A stretch of 52,944 bases of DNA from Octopus bimaculoides (lineage: Eukaryota): the NCBI RefSeq assembly GCF_001194135.2, contig NC_068982.1, positions 148,871,972 to 148,924,915 on the forward strand, written 5' to 3'. The notes beneath the pieces are model-generated. The model made no database searches and was not told where the DNA came from. It worked only from the letters and a program-made list of their open reading frames with translations. Within the stretch, counting starts at the first letter, position 1. Every line of letters begins with the position of its first letter. Both the position numbers and the translations under genes were made by a program. Positions 49,472-52,944 of this stretch are shown here, in pieces.

Positions 49472-50288
49472 NNNNNNNNNNNNNNNNNNNNNNNNNNNNN
49501 NNNNNNNNNNNNNNNNNNNNNNNNNNNNNNNNNNNNNNNNNNNNNNNNNNNNNNNNNNNNNNNNNNNNNNNNNNNNNNNNNNNNNNNNNNNNNNNNNNNN
49601 NNNNNNNNNNNNNNNNNNNNNNNNNNNNNNNNNNNNNNNNNNNNNNNNNNNNNNNNNNNNNNNNNNNNNNNNNNNNNNNNNNNNNNNNNNNNNNNNNNNN
49701 NNNNNNNNNNNNNNNNNNNNNNNNNNNNNNNNNNNNNNNNNNNNNNNNNNNNNNNNNNNNNNNNNNNNNNNNNNNNNNNNNNNNNNNNNNNNNNNNNNNN
49801 NNNNNNNNNNNNNNNNNNNNNNNNNNNNNNNNNNNNNNNNNNNNNNNNNNNNNNNNNNNNNNNNNNNNNNNNNNNNNNNNNNNNNNNNNNNNNNNNNNNN
49901 NNNNNNNNNNNNNNNNNNNNNNNNNNNNNNNNNNNNNNNNNNNNNNNNNNNNNNNNNNNNNNNNNNNNNNNNNNNNNNNNNNNNNNNNNNNNNNNNNNNN
50001 NNNNNNNNNNNNNNNNNNNNNNNNNNNNNNNNNNNNNNNNNNNNNNNNNNNNNNNNNNNNNNNNNNNNNNNNNNNNNNNNNNNNNNCCTTCTGTGCCAGT
50101 ATCATCTGGACAGCTTTTCTATGGCAATAATTTATAACTGGATGCCTTACTGCTTGCTGACATGTATTTATATCTGTCTATCTATTTGTTCATCCGTCTG
50201 TCTTTTCATCCGTCTGTCTGTCTCTCACTCTTTTCTCTCTCTGTACATACATATATATGTATATATACATACATGCATACATACATAT

Positions 50289-50487
50289 ACTCTTTTACTC
50301 TTTTACTTGTTTCAGTCATTTGACTGCGGCCATGCTGGAGTACCGCCTTTAGTCGAGCAAATCGACCCCAGGACTTATTCTTTGTAAGCCTAGTACTTAT
50401 TCTATGAGTCTCCTTTGCTGAACCGCTAAGTTACAGGACGTAAACACATCAGCATCGGTTGTCAAGCGATGTTGGGTGGGGGACAAA
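50289..50487 (-). mobile_element. SINE family B 3' half
   Basis: Reverse complement of 8405-8603. Confidence 0.85.
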
Positions 50488-50820
50488 CTGTTTGTTCTTA
50501 TGCTCAGTTACTATAAAGACAATTTTACATTAATCTAATGGGTTACTCTATACCTTTGTAGAGCACATTATTATTCTTAAACAAGAATGTTGTTGACAGT
50601 AACTTCGAAGTTGTGGCCAACTAAGCCATCATCAGATTGCCATATATGTGTGTGTGTATATATATATATATATAGATAGATAGATAGATAGATAGATAGT
50701 TAAAATTATAATTATATTCGAGTATAAACCTTGCAGTATGCAGTGTTAAGCACATCCACAGTTATTGGCTACCTGATGTCAACATCAGTAATAATGCATA
50801 TGCTACTGAATTTACTTCAG

Positions 50821-50935
50821 GAATTTCTTGGTGCACATGGAGTTTATATAGATAAACCATGAAAGTGGAATTCAAAAGATTTCTATTCAAATCCACTAAA
50901 ATCATTTTGGCTCATCGTGCATTTGTACCTCACAG
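50821..50935 (+). other. Candidate exon with strong splice sites but a stop in every frame
   Basis: tttacttcag|G...CAG|gtgagt. Phase-0 frame EFLGAHGVYIDKP*KWNSKDFYSNPLKSFWLIVHLYLT has one TGA (50860-62); an ATG frame reads MKVEFKRFLFKSTKIILAHRAFVPH. Confidence 0.45.
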
Positions 50936-51194
50936 GTGAGTTGCTGTATATTATTAATTATCTTGCATCACATGTGCAGATAAGTTTATATCTTAATAGA
51001 GCTTGGTGAAATGAAGAGAAGCAAGAATAAGATGTTTGTTTCAAAAGTCACTTGAAGAGATGCAATTTGCACCTCTGATGCAAGACAGCAGCTCACCTTT
51101 GAGGTACAGATGCATGATAAGTCAAAACAATTGTAACGGATTGGAAAAAAAAAAATCTTATGAATTCCATTTTCTATCTCTGAGCTTTATATAT

Positions 51195-51365
51195 CATCAC
51201 CATCATCATCATCATCATCATCATTGTCATCATTTAACGTCTGTTTTCCATGCTAGCATGGGTTAGACAGGTCAACTGGAGCTGGTAAGACAAAGATCTA
51301 CACCCGACTCCAGTCATCTGTTTTAGATTTGTTTCTAATGCTGGATGCCCTTTCTAATGCCAACA
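51195..51365 (-). mobile_element. RTE-derived tail
   Basis: (CAT)n TTTAACGTCTGTTTTCCATGCTAGCATGGGTT...GGATGCCCTTTCTAATGCCAAC. Confidence 0.8.
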
Positions 51366-51401
51366 TATCTTTTTCTTCCGTAACTTTGTTTTTTCTTCTA
51401 G

Positions 51402-51447
51402 GTAGAATATTGTTCCTACATAAGCCCATTTTTACCTTTGGGAAGAG
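51402..51447 (+). CDS. Candidate exon (RILFLHKPIFTFGK) with tandem acceptors TAG/GTAG
   Basis: Long pyrimidine tract ctttgttttttcttctag; weak donor AG|gtagtc. Confidence 0.3.
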
Positions 51448-51859
51448 GTAGTCCTTGGCCTATCTGGCATGAGAAGCCCTAGCAGGAGCTTGTGCTCTGC
51501 TCACTTAGCTCTCATGATCCCTAAGGCACACTACAACAAGGACTGATCCTTGTGGTGATTGCAACAGTATGGACTCTGTTAAAAGTGTCCAACCACCAGG
51601 AGGTAGAGCTCAGCCAAACAAAAGATTATGTCAATAAGACAGACTCTATTAGTTTTTTTCTACCCACTTTTACTCATATATTTTGGGTCACCTGAAAGCA
51701 ATGGTGGAAGACTTATTTTCAAGATCTACAGAACCGGGATATAGAAACTGGAGCCACATAACTACAAAGTTAATTTCTTAATTACATTGTAATATATCTG
51801 CAACAATATATTGAGATGCAGCATCTCACATTTGCTCATCAATATAGAAAACAATTTAA

Positions 51860-52125
51860 CCCATTAACTCCCATAATTTTATTAATTGGAATTTTTTTTA
51901 TGAAACTCTGATTTCTAGCATAAAACAACCTTAGAAACACGCTGGAATGATCAAAATAACATTTTGAATAGAAATAAGCGAGATATTCGATGAAAAATTA
52001 GCAAACCTCATTTGAATATCAGAGAAATATACCTAGTAGATATAGCAAAAAGGTTAGATATGACAGATAATTACGAAATTTGTATTTTTAAGTGATCTCA
52101 TATGAGATCACTGGTAGGTAATGGG
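51860..52125. mobile_element. piggyBac-like MITE
   Basis: TTAA at 51856-59 and 52126-29; termini CCCATTA / TAATGGG; 22-bp palindrome at 52091-52112. Confidence 0.75.
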
Positions 52126-52127
52126 TT

Positions 52128-52345
52128 AAGGTGACGAGCTGACAGAACCATTAGCATGCTTGGCAAAATGCTTAGTGGCATTTTGTTCATCTTTGCATTC
52201 TGAGTTCAAACTCCGCTGATGTTGACTTTACAGTTCATCCTTTCAGGGTCGATAAAACAAGTACCAGTTGAGCACAGGAGTCGATATAGTTAACTTTCTC
52301 CATCCCCTAAAATTCCTGGTCTTGTGCCAAAATTTGAAACCAATA
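52128..52345 (+). mobile_element. SINE family A
   Basis: AAGGTGACGAGCTGACAGAA head, GAGTTCAAACTCC and TTCATCCTTTCAGGGTCGATAAAACAAGTACCAG. Confidence 0.8.
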
Positions 52346-52784
52346 TAGAAAAGAGTTAAGACGTTTTATTTCTACTTCTCAGCAACTACTATCCAACATA
52401 ATGACATATACTTCATCAACATACATCTTCCCATCATTGTAGATAGTTAATACAATAGTTTCAGAAATTAAATTAACTTTGTATGAATATTTCATAACCT
52501 TTCTAAAGACAACTAAGTTAAACTTTAACACATTGAAAACATTTTAACCATTTTCCTTTAAGCTGAAAGAAGCAAGACATGAAAACAGATATAAATGGGA
52601 GTGGTAAATATTTTGAAGTACCAAGTAAAATGAAGAACATTGCTTCACTTCACCAGGCACTGGAATAATGGAATAATGGCAAATCCTTTAAACACAGATA
52701 ATCCTGAATTATTTTCAAATTTCTAAGAAGTTCGCTAAATGCTATTCAATATTAACAATACATCTCATTCATCTCAGCCTTCAT

Positions 52785-52838
52785 ATATATGCATACATGC
52801 ATACAGACAGACACACACACATATATGTATGTGTGTGA

Positions 52839-52904
<66 letters not shown>

Positions 52905-52907
52905 CTA

Positions 52908-52944
<37 letters not shown>
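52785..52944. repeat. Compound (TA)n/(TG)n microsatellite to the window end
   Basis: Directly visible. Confidence 0.97.

Noticed and set aside
50860-50862. TGA as a selenocysteine codon
   Set aside because: There is no redox motif context, and any SECIS would lie in a 3' UTR that is not identifiable in this window.

Overview
AT-rich eukaryotic (animal) genomic DNA from a draft assembly with about 3.5 kb of N gaps. The repeat families and extreme microsatellite density point to a coleoid cephalopod, most likely Octopus; this is inferred from memory of those repeats, not from a search. No prokaryotic features, rRNA, true tRNA, CRISPR or complete gene are present. Most of the window is retrotransposon debris: RTE, CR1/L2-type, R4/Dong-type RLE and Tx1/L1 LINE fragments, at least four tRNA-derived SINE families, many RTE 3' tails and Penelope-like termini. 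There are also DNA-transposon derivatives (Tc1, mariner, hAT/piggyBac/Tc1-type MITEs, Helentron-like elements). A few phase-compatible plus-strand candidate exons (about 22.9, 27.3, 43.8, 50.8 and 51.4 kb) suggest most of the window is intronic to a gene I cannot identify. Best leads: (1) a minimal hammerhead ribozyme fold at 69-105 in a Penelope-like terminus; (2) a perfect 17-nt intronic complement to a candidate exon; (3) a 71-bp hairpin just upstream of another candidate exon; (4) a well-bounded exon whose best frame is broken by one TGA, with tandem acceptors downstream; (5) minisatellites that arise inside SINE heads and RTE 3' UTRs. I cannot establish a genuinely new system from this sequence alone. 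Coordinates of degenerate repeats are approximate.
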